From assembly GCA_002104945.1 (NCBI GenBank), contig MCFH01000012.1:434001-498000 (forward strand): DNA of 64,000 bases, read 5' to 3'. Both the position numbers and the translations under genes were made by a program. Positions within the stretch are counted from its first letter, which is position 1, and each line of letters opens with the position of its first letter. Shown here piece by piece: positions 47,039-59,522 of this stretch. A model generated the notes under the pieces. It was not told the DNA's origin and ran no database searches. It saw only the letters and a list, made by a program, of their open reading frames with translations. Source of the stretch: Piromyces finnis finn. Taxonomy: Eukaryota > Fungi > Neocallimastigomycota.

Positions 47039-48704
47039 ATTTAATGCTTAAAAATTTATTTAATGAAATGTTTCTATATTTTTTTTGAAAAAATCAATAG
47101 CAAAAAAAGTCAAGTAGAATGAAATTCCATTATCATAATGGATAATCTCCTATCTTTAAAAGGCTTTATTTTTTAAAAAAAATAATTCTCACACACGCAT
47201 AAGATATAAATAATTTATTTATTTTCTTTTGTAATTTATATCAATCAATTTTTAGAGTATTTAATTATATATAGTTTTAAAATGGGTTTTTTTTTTTTTT
47301 AATAAAACTTAATATTTATTTTCTCAAGTATTCTGTTTATATTTATTTATTAAATTTATTATTTTTTTTTTTTTTGGAGAGAATATTTTGAGGTGAATAT
47401 TTATTTAATAGAATTTTTCAGAAAAAAAAAACTTTTTTTTATTTATTAATCACATTCAACTTTTACATTCAGGAAAATGTAGAAGGCATGCGCAATATTA
47501 AAAATATATAATATAAAATAGATAGTTTTTTATTTTTTTTTTTTTTTATTTTATTAAATGAAAAAAAAAAAAAAAGAAAGAAAAAATTGTAATGCTAATC
47601 TTTTTTTTTTTTTCTTGTTCATTTTTTTATAATATAAAAAATTGTAGTTAAAATGTAAAAAGCAATTAAAATAAAAGAAATAAAGAAAGCATTCTTTTTT
47701 TAAAAAAAAAAAAAGCATATAAAAATAGAAAGTGTTGATTCTATTGAACTTTATACTATTTTAATGGAATAAAATTCAATATATAAATCTAGGATTAAAT
47801 AAAGGGTTGTAAGAATCCAAGTCAGGCAGAAAACAATAGTTAAACATTGAAACGTTCTTTGACGACCTATTACTATTTTAAAGCTAAAAACTTTTTTTTT
47901 TTTTTTTAAGAAAAAGTAGATAATGCTACACCTATAGTATAGTAATAATAATTATTATAATTATATAATAAATGAAGTTTCTCAAGGGGGTCTACTCATG
48001 CTCATGGTACTGAGAGAGTAGAAAGAATTAAATCCAAGTATTGCGCAATGGATGCTTGGTTAGTCTTTAAGGGAAAATTATTAGGACTAAGCTCATGGTA
48101 CTGAGCGATTAAAAAACATTTTATTCATCGAATTTAAGTATTTGATGAATAAGTTGAATGTTTGATATTCAGGTAAGTTTGTATAGTATTTAATTAGAAG
48201 AGTAATACATTTTGTTGCTGAATTTTTTCTTTTATTCATGTATTCATGTAGTACTACTCTTCTCTTGTAAGAATCCAATGTAGTCAACTTTAGCATTTGC
48301 ATTGTATTTTTATATTCATGTAGCTATTGTTGTATTGTTTCTTGTAAGAGACTGATTCACTCTACATCATGTAAAAATACTATTCACAAGCTTTCTGGTG
48401 TCGACATTCTTGATTCAAATTTTTTACCAATTTAAATATTTAATGAAAAGTAAAGTCAAACAAGTTTAGTGTCAAAAAGCGAATCGAATTTACTAACAAC
48501 AAACCAAAACTAGAATTTTTAAAGAAAATTTACAACTAGAATTCAAAAAAAAGAAACTTTAAACAAAGCATCGTAACAATTTTTGTACTATCCAGTACTT
48601 TTAAGAAGAGAGAGAGAGACAGATTTTTTTCCATATACGTTATATTTGTAATTTTTATTAGTATTTATTTTATATTCAATATTTTTTAATTAGAATTTAT
48701 TATC

Positions 48705-51700
48705 ATGTCAGTCCTTTATATTAAAGATAAGAATTATATCAGACGTGGTACCCGGTCTTATGGTATACCCTTAGATGATATTCGCTCCTTCTTTATCCGT
48801 GGTATTCGATCATGGTCAGTAAATATGCTATGGGAAAAACTCGAGGTTATTCTAGAAGATAAATTTAATTCAGTTATTAGTGTTAAATATTTTCAAACTT
48901 TCAATGATCACTTTTTCTTAGTCAAGGTTCATGGTTCATCAAAAGATTGTATTAAAATCTTACACATGTTAAAGAAGAAACTTTCAGTTACCTCAATTTC
49001 CTTTTCAGCTCGTAGTAGAAGGAATCACAAATACACTTTTTCCACTCTCAAACGTAAAATTTTAGTTTCTAATAAACATCAACATTCTATTCAACAATCA
49101 TTTCAACAATCAGTTCAACAATCAGTTCAACAATCTCATCAACAATCCGATCTTCAACAAGATCTTCAACAAGTTTCCCATCATGAAAATATTCCAGATC
49201 TACAGCAAACACAATTTCAATCTCAACATTCAACAATTAATTCTAATAGTTCTATCAACTCTGATAACAGTTCAATAGTTGATAGTTCTTCAGTTTCACA
49301 GCCATCTAGTAATAGTTCTACTTATTCCTCTGATGCATCATCCATTAATAACGATGACTTTAATAATAGTAATAATAGCAACGATTCTTCCTCATCCAAC
49401 AAGCCTGATAACTTTTCTTTTTGTCTTAGTTGGAACACCAATGGGTGGAATCATGAAAAGAGAGATAGTATTAGCTATTTCACAGCTATTTTCAAACCAT
49501 TATTCTTATGTTTCCAAGAAACTGGTAATGGTTCTGGATCGAATACAGATTATCCTTGTCGTGTTACTTTGCGAAACTATAGACACTTTTTCAAGAAAGC
49601 TGACGAATCAGTTCCGGGAATGAGAGGTTTATATTTAGGTTTTCACAATTCGTGTCAAGCCTCACTTGAAAACTTCTCTGGAAAGTATATTATTTCTATT
49701 TATACTTTTAGTCTCTGGAATAGATTCAAATGCTCGATTGGAAATGTTTATATGCCTCATAGTCATCACAACATCTATGTTGATCATGCAAAGTTAGAAG
49801 TTCGCTTGTGGTTACAAACTCATTCATCCCATCCATCGATTCTTGTTGGTGATTTTAATATGTCTAAAGTAAAATTATCCAACTGGTTATCAACTAATGG
49901 ATTAGGAGATTGGGAAATTCTTCCGCTTAGAGGGTCTACTATCTCTTGGACTCGAGGTGATCAATCTTCCGACATTGACCATGCTCTTATCAATTCGAAG
50001 ATGAAAGATCTTATTCACTCAGGATCATTTATAAATAATTTTTATCCTGTATCAGACCATAAGCCACTTCTTATTAATGGTAAAATTATTCCTATGGAAG
50101 ATTTTTCTAATGACTTTAATGTTCCTAAGAAAATTCTGAAATGGAATAGATTAAAATGTATTGAGGAAAAGGAATCTATTCTCAGTCATAATAAATTCCA
50201 AATACTTTCAGCAAAATTCAACGATCCTAATGTTTCTACAGATGAACTTTCCAAAGAGTTTACTTCAACTGCTTTTTCAATTGCAGACGAGCTCAGTATT
50301 ACCTCAGCAAATAATGTTATAAAGTCTTCATTTCATATTTCACAACAAATTTTTAATCTCCAAAAAATCAAAATGAAGTTGTATAAGAGATTTAAAAAAG
50401 AAAGAATTTATGATATAGATGAATTTATTAAAAGAATTAAAATCTACCGTAAGCTCATTGATTACATCCACAAAAGATGTAATGAATTTAGGAAACAAGA
50501 ATATCTTCATTGGATTAAAACAGGATGTGAGTATATGAAGAGTCATAATCCTAAGAAGGCCTGGAAATGGATCAAGAAAACTGCAAAAATTGGAAAAGAT
50601 TCTTTCTTTATTGCTCAACCAATTAAAAACAAAAATGGAGAATTAGTTGTTGCTACGGAAGAACAACTAGATGTGTGGCATGATCATTTCGAAAAGCTTG
50701 CATCAGATCCAAGTGGTGTAAGTCTTGATTTGGAGCATTGGTATGAAGAACCAACGAATAAACGTTTTTCACTCCCTATGCTTGATGAATGGGATATCAA
50801 CCAAGATATTAGTATTGATGAAGTCAAGTCAGCTATCCTCTCTACTCCGAATTATAAAGCATCAGGTCCGGATGGTATTCCAATTGAATTTTACAAAGCA
50901 TTAATTCCATCAAGTAATGATTCTAATAATGCTACAGATAATAATTCTTCCGGTAATACCACTTCAGATAATGATGCTTATGGTTTAAATTTTATTCTTA
51001 AATTATTCAACCGTATTTGGGATGGAGATTTCCCCAACTCATGGAATGAATCCAGTATTGTTTCTATTCCTAAGAAGGGAGATTTGACAGATTGTGATAA
51101 CTATCGAGGTATATCACTTATCAATAATGGTATTAAGTTGATTTCCAAAATTGTCACCACTAGAATCTCAGAATATGGTTTAAAGAATAATTTCATTAGA
51201 CCTGAACAATTTGGTTTTCGAAAAAAGGAAGAAAGTATCAGTCTTTTCATTTCAATCCAAGAAATATGCCGTAGACGTCAATTAGATAATAAAGAGACAT
51301 ATTTGGCCTTTTTAGATCTCAGGAAAGCATACGATTCAGTCCCAATCGGTAATATTCTCCATAAATTAGATTGTTTAGGAATCCGAGGTAAGAGTTTACA
51401 ATTCATCAAAAATTTATATTTAACATCTAAGGCTAATGTCAAATTAGATGGACAATTCTCGAAATCTTTTGATGTGAAGAAAGGAGTCCGTCAAGGATGC
51501 CCTCTTTCTCCTATTCTCTTTAATCTCTTTATTAATGATATATTTAGAGAGTGCGAAGATCTAGGAGTCAGTTTAGGTGACACTCGATGCTGTGGTGGAC
51601 TTTTTGCAGATGATATAGTTATTTGTGCTCCAACAAGAGGATGCTTAAAAAAGATGCTTAGAAGAGTTAATGAATGGGCCTTGTATAATGAAATGGAATT

Positions 51701-52532
51701 TGGTATCCAGAAATGTTCAACGATGGTGATTCGTCCTGAATCAATAGAAAATCAGAACAAGAGAGATCCAACATTTTACTTAGCAGGACAACCCATTCCA
51801 ACTACTGATTGTTATACTTATCTTGGTGTTCCATTTGATAAGAATCTGTCCCTTAAACCAGTAATTAAAGCTCTTAATAACAAGGTTTTGAAAGGGCTTT
51901 TCTCAGTCAGTAAATTCTTAAGAAATCCTAATATTCCTATTCCTTTCAAAAAACTAGTACTTAACTCACAAGTGATTAGCAGAGTTTCATACTTTGCACC
52001 ATTACTTGGATCCAACAAAGCTAGGTCTAGGATTGCTCAGAAGCATGTTAACAAAGGAATACGATGGGTTGCCGGAGTTCATAAAGCTGTATCGTTTATA
52101 TCTTTATACTCTATTTCAAAAGATTTGAATATTCCTCCATTGTCAGCCAAATGTGCATTAGCTCAGGTTAGATGTTTTAACAAATGGAAAAACTCAAATT
52201 GTATTATCTCATACCTTGTCAATTACATTCCTAAATTTAGAAAATACACGTGGTGCAAATCAAGTAGGACACTTGATAAAAAACTAAAGAAACATGGAGA
52301 TGTTAAAGCAGTTAAAAACTTTTATTGGAAAGATCTCAAAGGGAATTCAATCAAAGCGCAATATTATGATGATAATAAGTTTATTGATACTAAAGATTTT
52401 ATTAAATTATGTTATGAGTACCCAGAGTTTGCCTATGGCTTCTACTGGCTATTGAAAGCAAGAAGCGGATACAAGTTGGATGCTAGAGTTGCCAAAGCTG
52501 CCAAATTTGTTGATCCAGTTTGTCCTAACTAC
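48705..52532 (+). mobile_element. Non-LTR retrotransposon (LINE) ORF: N-terminal extension, APE endonuclease, reverse transcriptase; 3' end interrupted
   Basis: APE motifs WNTNG, FQET, GDFN, DIDH and SDH. RT motifs GPDGIP, YRGISL, QFGFR, FLDLRKAYDSV, GVRQGCPLSP, FADD and YTYLG. The frame is open until VCPNY, where a 27-T run starts. The ORF track's extension to 52643 is read-through into the inserted element. Confidence 0.95.
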
Positions 52533-53094
52533 TTTTTTTTTTTTTTTTTTTTTTTTTTTAACTTCCGAGTGCATTTCTCCCATCGATCAGAGTTAGCTCC
52601 AATGGTGGTTCTTAGAGAAACGTTGGCTCATTCCTATTGCTAGGTGGTTGTGACCCTCCTGGTCTGTCATACTGTTTCTTCAGCTTCGACGCTCACTTAA
52701 TCCATGTACATTAGATGCATGTCGTTGTACGATATTTCACAACTACAATGCTAAGCCTCTTATAGTCAATTTGATCACGTGTCAACCGCCCCCTAATGTT
52801 TACACTTAAATTGATTAAGGAATATTATGTGTTTTTGGCATAGCCTAAGTCACCACTTATTAAGTTCTAATTTGGAATGTACCATGTACACTAGACCCTC
52901 TCAGGCCGGCTAGACGAGTGTTATTATCATAGTAGTAAATTAGAAAGTTCATTTATACTTACCTGAATATCATAACCCAACCCATGGCAAACCCAGTGGG
53001 AAAATCCACAGGCACTGACATCTGCGGGGTCGAACCAGAAGCCTTATGTATGCTAAGGAAACGCCTTAACAACCAGGATAAAAACTGGAACGAC
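52533..53094 (-). mobile_element. tRNA-derived SINE, longest copy (~560 bp with poly(A) tail)
   Basis: The minus strand starts with a tRNA-like head (B box GGTTCGACCCC at 53026-53036, TTAGCAT loop) and ends in A27. Homologous copies occur at 56660-57154 and 62452-62533. Confidence 0.8.
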
Positions 53095-54155
53095 TTCGCT
53101 TGTGGTTACAAACTCATTCATCCCATCCATCGATTCTTGTTGGTGATTTTAATATGTCTAAAGTAAAATTGTCCAACTGGTTATCAACTAATGGATTAGA
53201 AGATTGGGAAATTCTTCCGCTTAGAGAGTCTACTATCTCTTGGACTCGAGGTGATCAATCTTCCGACATTGACCATGCTCTTATCAATTCGAAGATGAAA
53301 GATCTTATTCACTCAGGATCATTTATAAATAATTTTTATCCTGTATCAGATCATAAGCCACTTCTTATTAATGGAAAAATTATTCCTATGGAAGATTTTT
53401 CTAATGACTTTAATGTTCCTAAGAAAATTCTGAAATGGAATAGATTAAAATGTATTGAGGAAAAGGAATCTATTCTCAGTCATAATAAATTCCAAATACT
53501 TTCAGCAAAATTCAACGATCCTAATGTTTCTACAGATGAACTTTCCAAAGAGTTTACTTCAACTGCTTTTTCAATTGCAGACGAGCTCAGTATTACCTCA
53601 GCAAATAATGTTATAAAGTCTTCATTTCATATTTCACAACAAATTTTTAATCTCCAAAAAATCAAAATGAAGTTGTATAAGAGATTTAAAAACGAAAGAA
53701 TTTATGATATAGATGAATTTATTAAAAGAATTAAAATCTACCGTAAGCTCATTGATTACATCCACAAAAGATGTAATGAATTTAGGAAGCAAGAATATCT
53801 TCATTGGATTAAAACAGGATGTAAGTATATGAAGAGTCATAATCCTAAGAAGGCCTGGAAATGGATCAAGAAAACTGCAAAAATTGGAAAAGATTCTTTC
53901 TTTATTGCTCAACCAATTAAAAACAAAAATGGAGAATTAGTTGTTGCTACAGAAGAACAACTAGATGTGTGGCATGATCATTTCGAAAAGCTTGCATCAG
54001 ATCCAAGTGGTGTAAGTCTTGATTTGGAGCATTGGTATGAAGAACCAACGAATAAACGTTTTTCACTCCCTATGCTTGATGAATGGGATATCAACCAAGA
54101 TATTAGTATTGATGAAGTCAAGTCAGTTATATCCTCTCTACTCCAAACTATAAAA
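53095..54155 (+). mobile_element. Second LINE fragment, near-identical to 49801-50860 (APE C-terminal half to start of RT)
   Basis: Direct match starting ttcgcttgtggttacaaac with a few substitutions. A 2-nt insertion near 54130 breaks the frame. Confidence 0.95.
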
Positions 54156-54670
54156 GTCCTATCAATAATAATGAAAATGTTAACATCAGTATAAATAGCA
54201 ATAATAATAATAGTAACAATAGTAATAGTAACAATAGTAATAATAATAATAGTAGTAGTAGTAGTAGAAGTAATAATATTAGTAATGATAGCAATAGTGA
54301 AGATAATAATTCTAATTTAGATAGTAATTTAGTTAATAATAGTAATAGTTCTAATAATCCGATAAATATTAATGGGTAAGATTATTCTAGTGGGTGCAAT
54401 AAAATATTTAAATTCCTTCTTGGAGGAAGAAGTTTTAACATTATCAATTACAATTCAAGGAAATGAAAAGAACTTTGCAAATATCAGATTCAATCGAACA
54501 CTTATGAAGGAATATCATTCTTGACGGTAACAGCGGAACTTCTAACTAAAATCATGCCTATTGTTAATGGCCAGTAATGGTCAGTGTTCAAAAGGTTTGA
54601 AGCAACAGCCATGAGCATCAATGCTGAAGAAACAGTAAGGCAGTCCAGGAGGGCCAGCACAACCAATGGT
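54156..54670 (+). mobile_element. Decayed LINE-like continuation: N/S-rich tract, degenerate RT motif and a fragment of the SINE tail
   Basis: YEGISFLTVTAELLTKIM (compare YRGISL...KLISKIV) at ~54503-54556. 54612-54665 aligns to the SINE body (gctgaagaaacagta...ccaggaggg...caacca). Confidence 0.5.
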
Positions 54671-56659
54671 ATCATATTAAAGTATACTATAATTATTATA
54701 CCTTAATATGACCCTTTATTATTATTATTATTTTAAAAATGATCCTTTTTTTTATTATTATTCCTTTTATCGTGTATATAATTAAGTTTATATTTTTTTT
54801 ATATAAAGGTATTTAAATTTTAATTAAAATAATAAAAGGGTTTTAAAAAATAATTATTGACGTTAAAAAAATAGTAATATTTAAAAATGATTTTAATTTT
54901 CATTAATAGCAATTTACCACCAAAATACATTGCATTAAAATAATTTTTACCATACTTTTTACTAAAAAAAAAAAAAAAAATATTTAAAAAAAAAAAAAAA
55001 ATTTTTTCATCTTTAACTAAACTATCTAATGACTTTTTTTAAAAAATAATAATAATAATAAATAAATAAAAACTTGGATACAATAAATATTACATTTTAT
55101 TTTATTTTTTTTTATTCTATTTTCCAAAATATCCATTTTATAGTTATAAGGATGAATCATCAAAAAAAAAAAAAAAAGATCAAACATTTATCATTAGAGT
55201 AATATTATTATGTTATTTAAAATGAACATTCTAATTAAAACCTACTCATAGATACATGTCATTAATTTAAAAAAAAAAAAAAAGATATTTACAGTATAAA
55301 ATTTATTTCATCAATAAAGTTTAACATCAAAAAAATAAAAAATAAAAAAAATTTCCATCTTTTTTATAGATACTATAAAAAAAAAAAAAATTAAGAAAAA
55401 GAAAAAAAGTAGTTATTTATCCTATGACCTCCATCTAAATCTATCTAAATATATATTCACTTCAACTTAAAATAATATTATAAAATATAAAAAAGAAGTA
55501 TAATTTTTAGATAACCTATTTTTTTTTTATAATCACATTTAATACCTTTATTTTTATATATAAAAATCGAAATTAACACACTATTTAATTATGTTTTTTT
55601 TTTATCTATATAATCAATTGTTGTAATTATTGTTTTCTTAAAAAAAGAAAAAATAATAATATTTATAATTTTCATCTTTTAATTATTTTTTTTTCTTTTT
55701 CATCATAAAAACTTTAAACTTTTGTATTCATTTTAATTCACTATTAAAGAAAAGAAAAAAAAACTTTATTTTTCTTCCTTTTAAATAATATATATATTCT
55801 AAAAGATACATTAACTTTATTCATAAGATTAGATTAAAAATAATATAAGTTTTTTAATATAGTCATTTATATATATATTATTTATAAAGGAATAGTCTCG
55901 AAAGGTTTACTATTATTTTTAAAAATGATATTTTTTTCTTAAATATTTATTCATTAAATAAATAATAAAACATTTTCTACTGTATTTGATATGCCTTTTC
56001 ATTTAACCTTTATTTTTCACCTTTTTTTTTAAACATTTAAAAAGGTATTAATATCAATTAACTTTTTTTTTTTCTTTAGAACAAAATGTTATTCATTAGT
56101 TTTATTTATATAACAAAGCATTCTTTTTTTTTTTTTTTAGGTATATGACATTTTTAATGTTATTTTATTATTATATAAAATTTTCATTGTTAACTATAAA
56201 GTTTATAAACTATAAAATAAAAAACTGTTAAAAAAAAGGAATAACTAAAATAGAGTTGACATAAATACTTTTAGTTATCCCTAGCCTAACTTTAATTGCC
56301 AATATCTTTATATCTTTTTACCTTAAAAAGCTTTTATTATATGTATATATTTTTATATTTTAAAAGTTTTTTTATTAAATCTTATTTAAGTTATTTGTTA
56401 AATGTTGTTGTTGTTGTTGTATTATAAAATTTATACTTTTAACCTTTTTTTACTAAAATATTTTTTTTCTCTCTTTTTAAGCTATGGTAACTTTAATTTA
56501 TTGAATAATAAATAACGAATTAATTAAACTTTGATTTTTTTTTTTTTCTTTAATAAACTCAGAAAGTTTTTTTTATATTTTTAAATATCTTTATTTTTTT
56601 AAAAAAATAATTAAATTATAATTTAATAATAGTAATACTTTATAATAATGAAATCTTGC

Positions 56660-57154
56660 TTTTTCTTTTTTTTTTTTAACTACCGAGTGCATTTCTACTA
56701 TCCACCAGAGTAAACCTCAATGGTGCTCTTAGAGAAATGTTGGCCCCTTCCTATTGCTAGGTAGTTGTGACCCTCCTGGTCGTCCTACTGAATTTTTAGC
56801 TTCGACGTTCACTTAATCCATATACACTAGATGTATGTCATTGTACGATATTTCCAACCATAATGCTAAGTCTTAGTCAAATTAACCGCTCCCTAATGTT
56901 TACACTTAAAAATTGATTAAGAAATATTGCTTGTGTATTTGGCATAGCCAAAGTCATCACATATAAAGTTCTAATTTGAAATGTACCATGTACACTTCGA
57001 CCCTCTCAGGCCGGCTAGACGGATTTTAATATCATAGTAGTAAATTAGAAAATGCATTAATACATACCTAAATATCATAACCCAACTCATGGCAAAACCC
57101 AATGGAGAAAATTAATGGAGAAAATTCATAGGCACTGATATCTGCGAGGTCGAA
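56660..57154 (-). mobile_element. SINE copy 2, 5'-truncated within the B box
   Basis: Colinear with 52560-53034 at roughly 75-85% identity by eye, with a T-run at the left end. Confidence 0.85.
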
Positions 57155-58977
57155 TGTTAATCATACTTTTACACTCACCATTGACACTTTTTTCTTTTAA
57201 AAATGTAATACAAAATGTAATTGTATTTATAGTAATGTATACATAAATGGACAATAAAATAAATAATGATAAAAAATTTATTAATTAATATAGAGTAGAA
57301 ATTAACTGAACTTTGATATATAATTTATCCTTGCTTAAAGTAACATGATGAAAATGTGCATAAATGTATGTATAAAAGATACATAAATGGTGTATAAGTT
57401 GTATAACTACTGTGCATAATTAGTATAATTATGGTGTGTATAACTACTGTGTATAATAAATGAAATGATGAATAGATTTTAATTCTACCCAAATAAGAGT
57501 TATCTTTTTAAAGCGTGTTCAACGTGTAATTACATTATATTAACTTATTACGTATGACTTAGCTACATTATTACATAGGATAAATATATTTAAAGGGTTA
57601 GGTATATTCTTTGTTTTTTTCTCCTATTGATAATAAAGTTATTACCTTTTTTTAGGAAAAATTTTAATATATTATAATATATTACAATATATTGTAATAT
57701 ATGGATACCAAAAAAATATGTTAGATGTTTGATTCTTCTTTTAATAGGTTTAATTAAAGTATTTAGAGTTATATATTTATAATATATTATAATATATATG
57801 GAATAATATAACAATTAATAATGTATAATAATATATTGTAACATATTATGAATTGATTAAAATATAAAATTAAAAAAAAATGAATAATCTAAAAAAAGAT
57901 AGAATTTATTTAAATTATTAATTATTCATTCATTTATTTTTGATATGAAAAAAGAGCTTTTTTCCTTTAAAAATTTTTTTTTTTTCTTTTATTTTTTGCT
58001 ATAAACGAAGACTTTTAAACTTTAGAAATTTACCTTATTTCATTGGAAAGAATTTATAATTATATCAAAAAAAAAAAAGTTACTTTTTTATAATAGATTT
58101 ACAATAGTTATTTAAAAGAAAAGAAAAAAGTAACTTTACTGGTTTTGATATAATTATAATATTCTTTTTTTAAAAAAAAAAAACAATATCTATTTATAGT
58201 TATTTTATATACATATATTAATATTCAGAACCATTTTAAAATAAATAAATTTTGTTGTAAGATTTGCTTTTTTGAACAATTTATATGAAATAAATACTCT
58301 ATTATACCTCAATAGTATCAAAAAAAAAAAAAAAAAAAAAAAAAAGAAAAGAAAAAAAAATACACCACAATCAAATTAAATAATGTAAAAAATTGATTAT
58401 ATATAAACTGATAGGAAATAATAAAGAAATGGAGAAATATTAAGACAATAATATTCACAATAAAATAAAGCACCTATTTTGATAAATAAATAAAACACTA
58501 ATTGAAAGAAATAAAAACAAATAAGAATAAAAGAAAAATATTGTAATAAAAGTAAAATATAGATATAATTGGAATAACGCAAGATCAAAATTATTATTTA
58601 AACTAAATATATATATGTGTGTGTGTGTGTGTGTGTTGAAAATTATTATTAAAGAAAATATAGATAGATCAATATCTATATTAAAAGCTATTTATTATAA
58701 AATCATTTTATTCAAAATAATAGGATTGCTAAAAATAAATAAATGAATAAATAAATACTTTTTTTTTTTCTCATAATATAAATTACACTAACCTTATTTT
58801 ATTTATATATAATAATATATAATAATAATAATAGTTACTTTTTCATATATATAAGAATATTGAACAAATTTCAATAGATATACCTTTTTTTATTATTATT
58901 TTCTTATCAATATTTACAAAATATAAAGTATTAATAGTGAATAAAATATCTTTAAACAAAAAAAAAAAACTTTAAAA

Positions 58978-59483
58978 ATGATGCAAAATCATATGAATAT
59001 GAATCATGAAGATTTATGGCTAAGATTTGGTACTTTCTCCAAAACAAATATATGAACATTATAAATAATCAAAAATGCATGTTAAATTTAAGAAAAAAAA
59101 ACTATTCAAACTTTATTAATATAAAAATTGAATTTTACTCAAAAAATATATATATAAATAGGTGCTGTTGCTGAACTTTTACATGATAATGATCAAGCAA
59201 TCAAATCTTATGAATATGCTTTAAAATATAACGCTTACTGTTTTAAAGCTCTCAAACATCTTGGTGATATTTTTTTATCCATGAATAAACCTAATGAAGC
59301 TATTGATTATTACAATCGTCTTTTAAAATTAGATAACAATAATGGTGAAGTATGGGGTATGCTTGGACATTGTTATTTATTAAAAGATGAATTAAAGCAA
59401 GCCTATAGTTCTTATCAAAAGGCATTACATTATTTAAAGAATCAAAATGTTAGTACAAGATATTTGTTTGTTTGTTTTCATAC

Positions 59484-59522
<39 letters not shown>

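Noticed and set aside
48093-48302. 69-aa minus-strand ORF upstream of the LINE
   Set aside because: No recognisable motif and a length expected by chance.
52955-52965. ATACTTACCTG as the 5' end of a U1 snRNA gene
   Set aside because: The downstream sequence lacks U1 stem-loops and an Sm site, and the motif is not kept in SINE copy 2. It is better read as a donor-like site on the opposite strand.
53016-53094. Functional tRNA-Ala gene
   Set aside because: Acceptor, anticodon and T stems do not pair and the A box is degenerate. It is a SINE head.
57155-57600. Short gtataactactgtg and acataaatg repeats as a CRISPR-like or MITE array
   Set aside because: Irregular degenerate low-complexity repeats without constant spacers or termini, in eukaryotic DNA.
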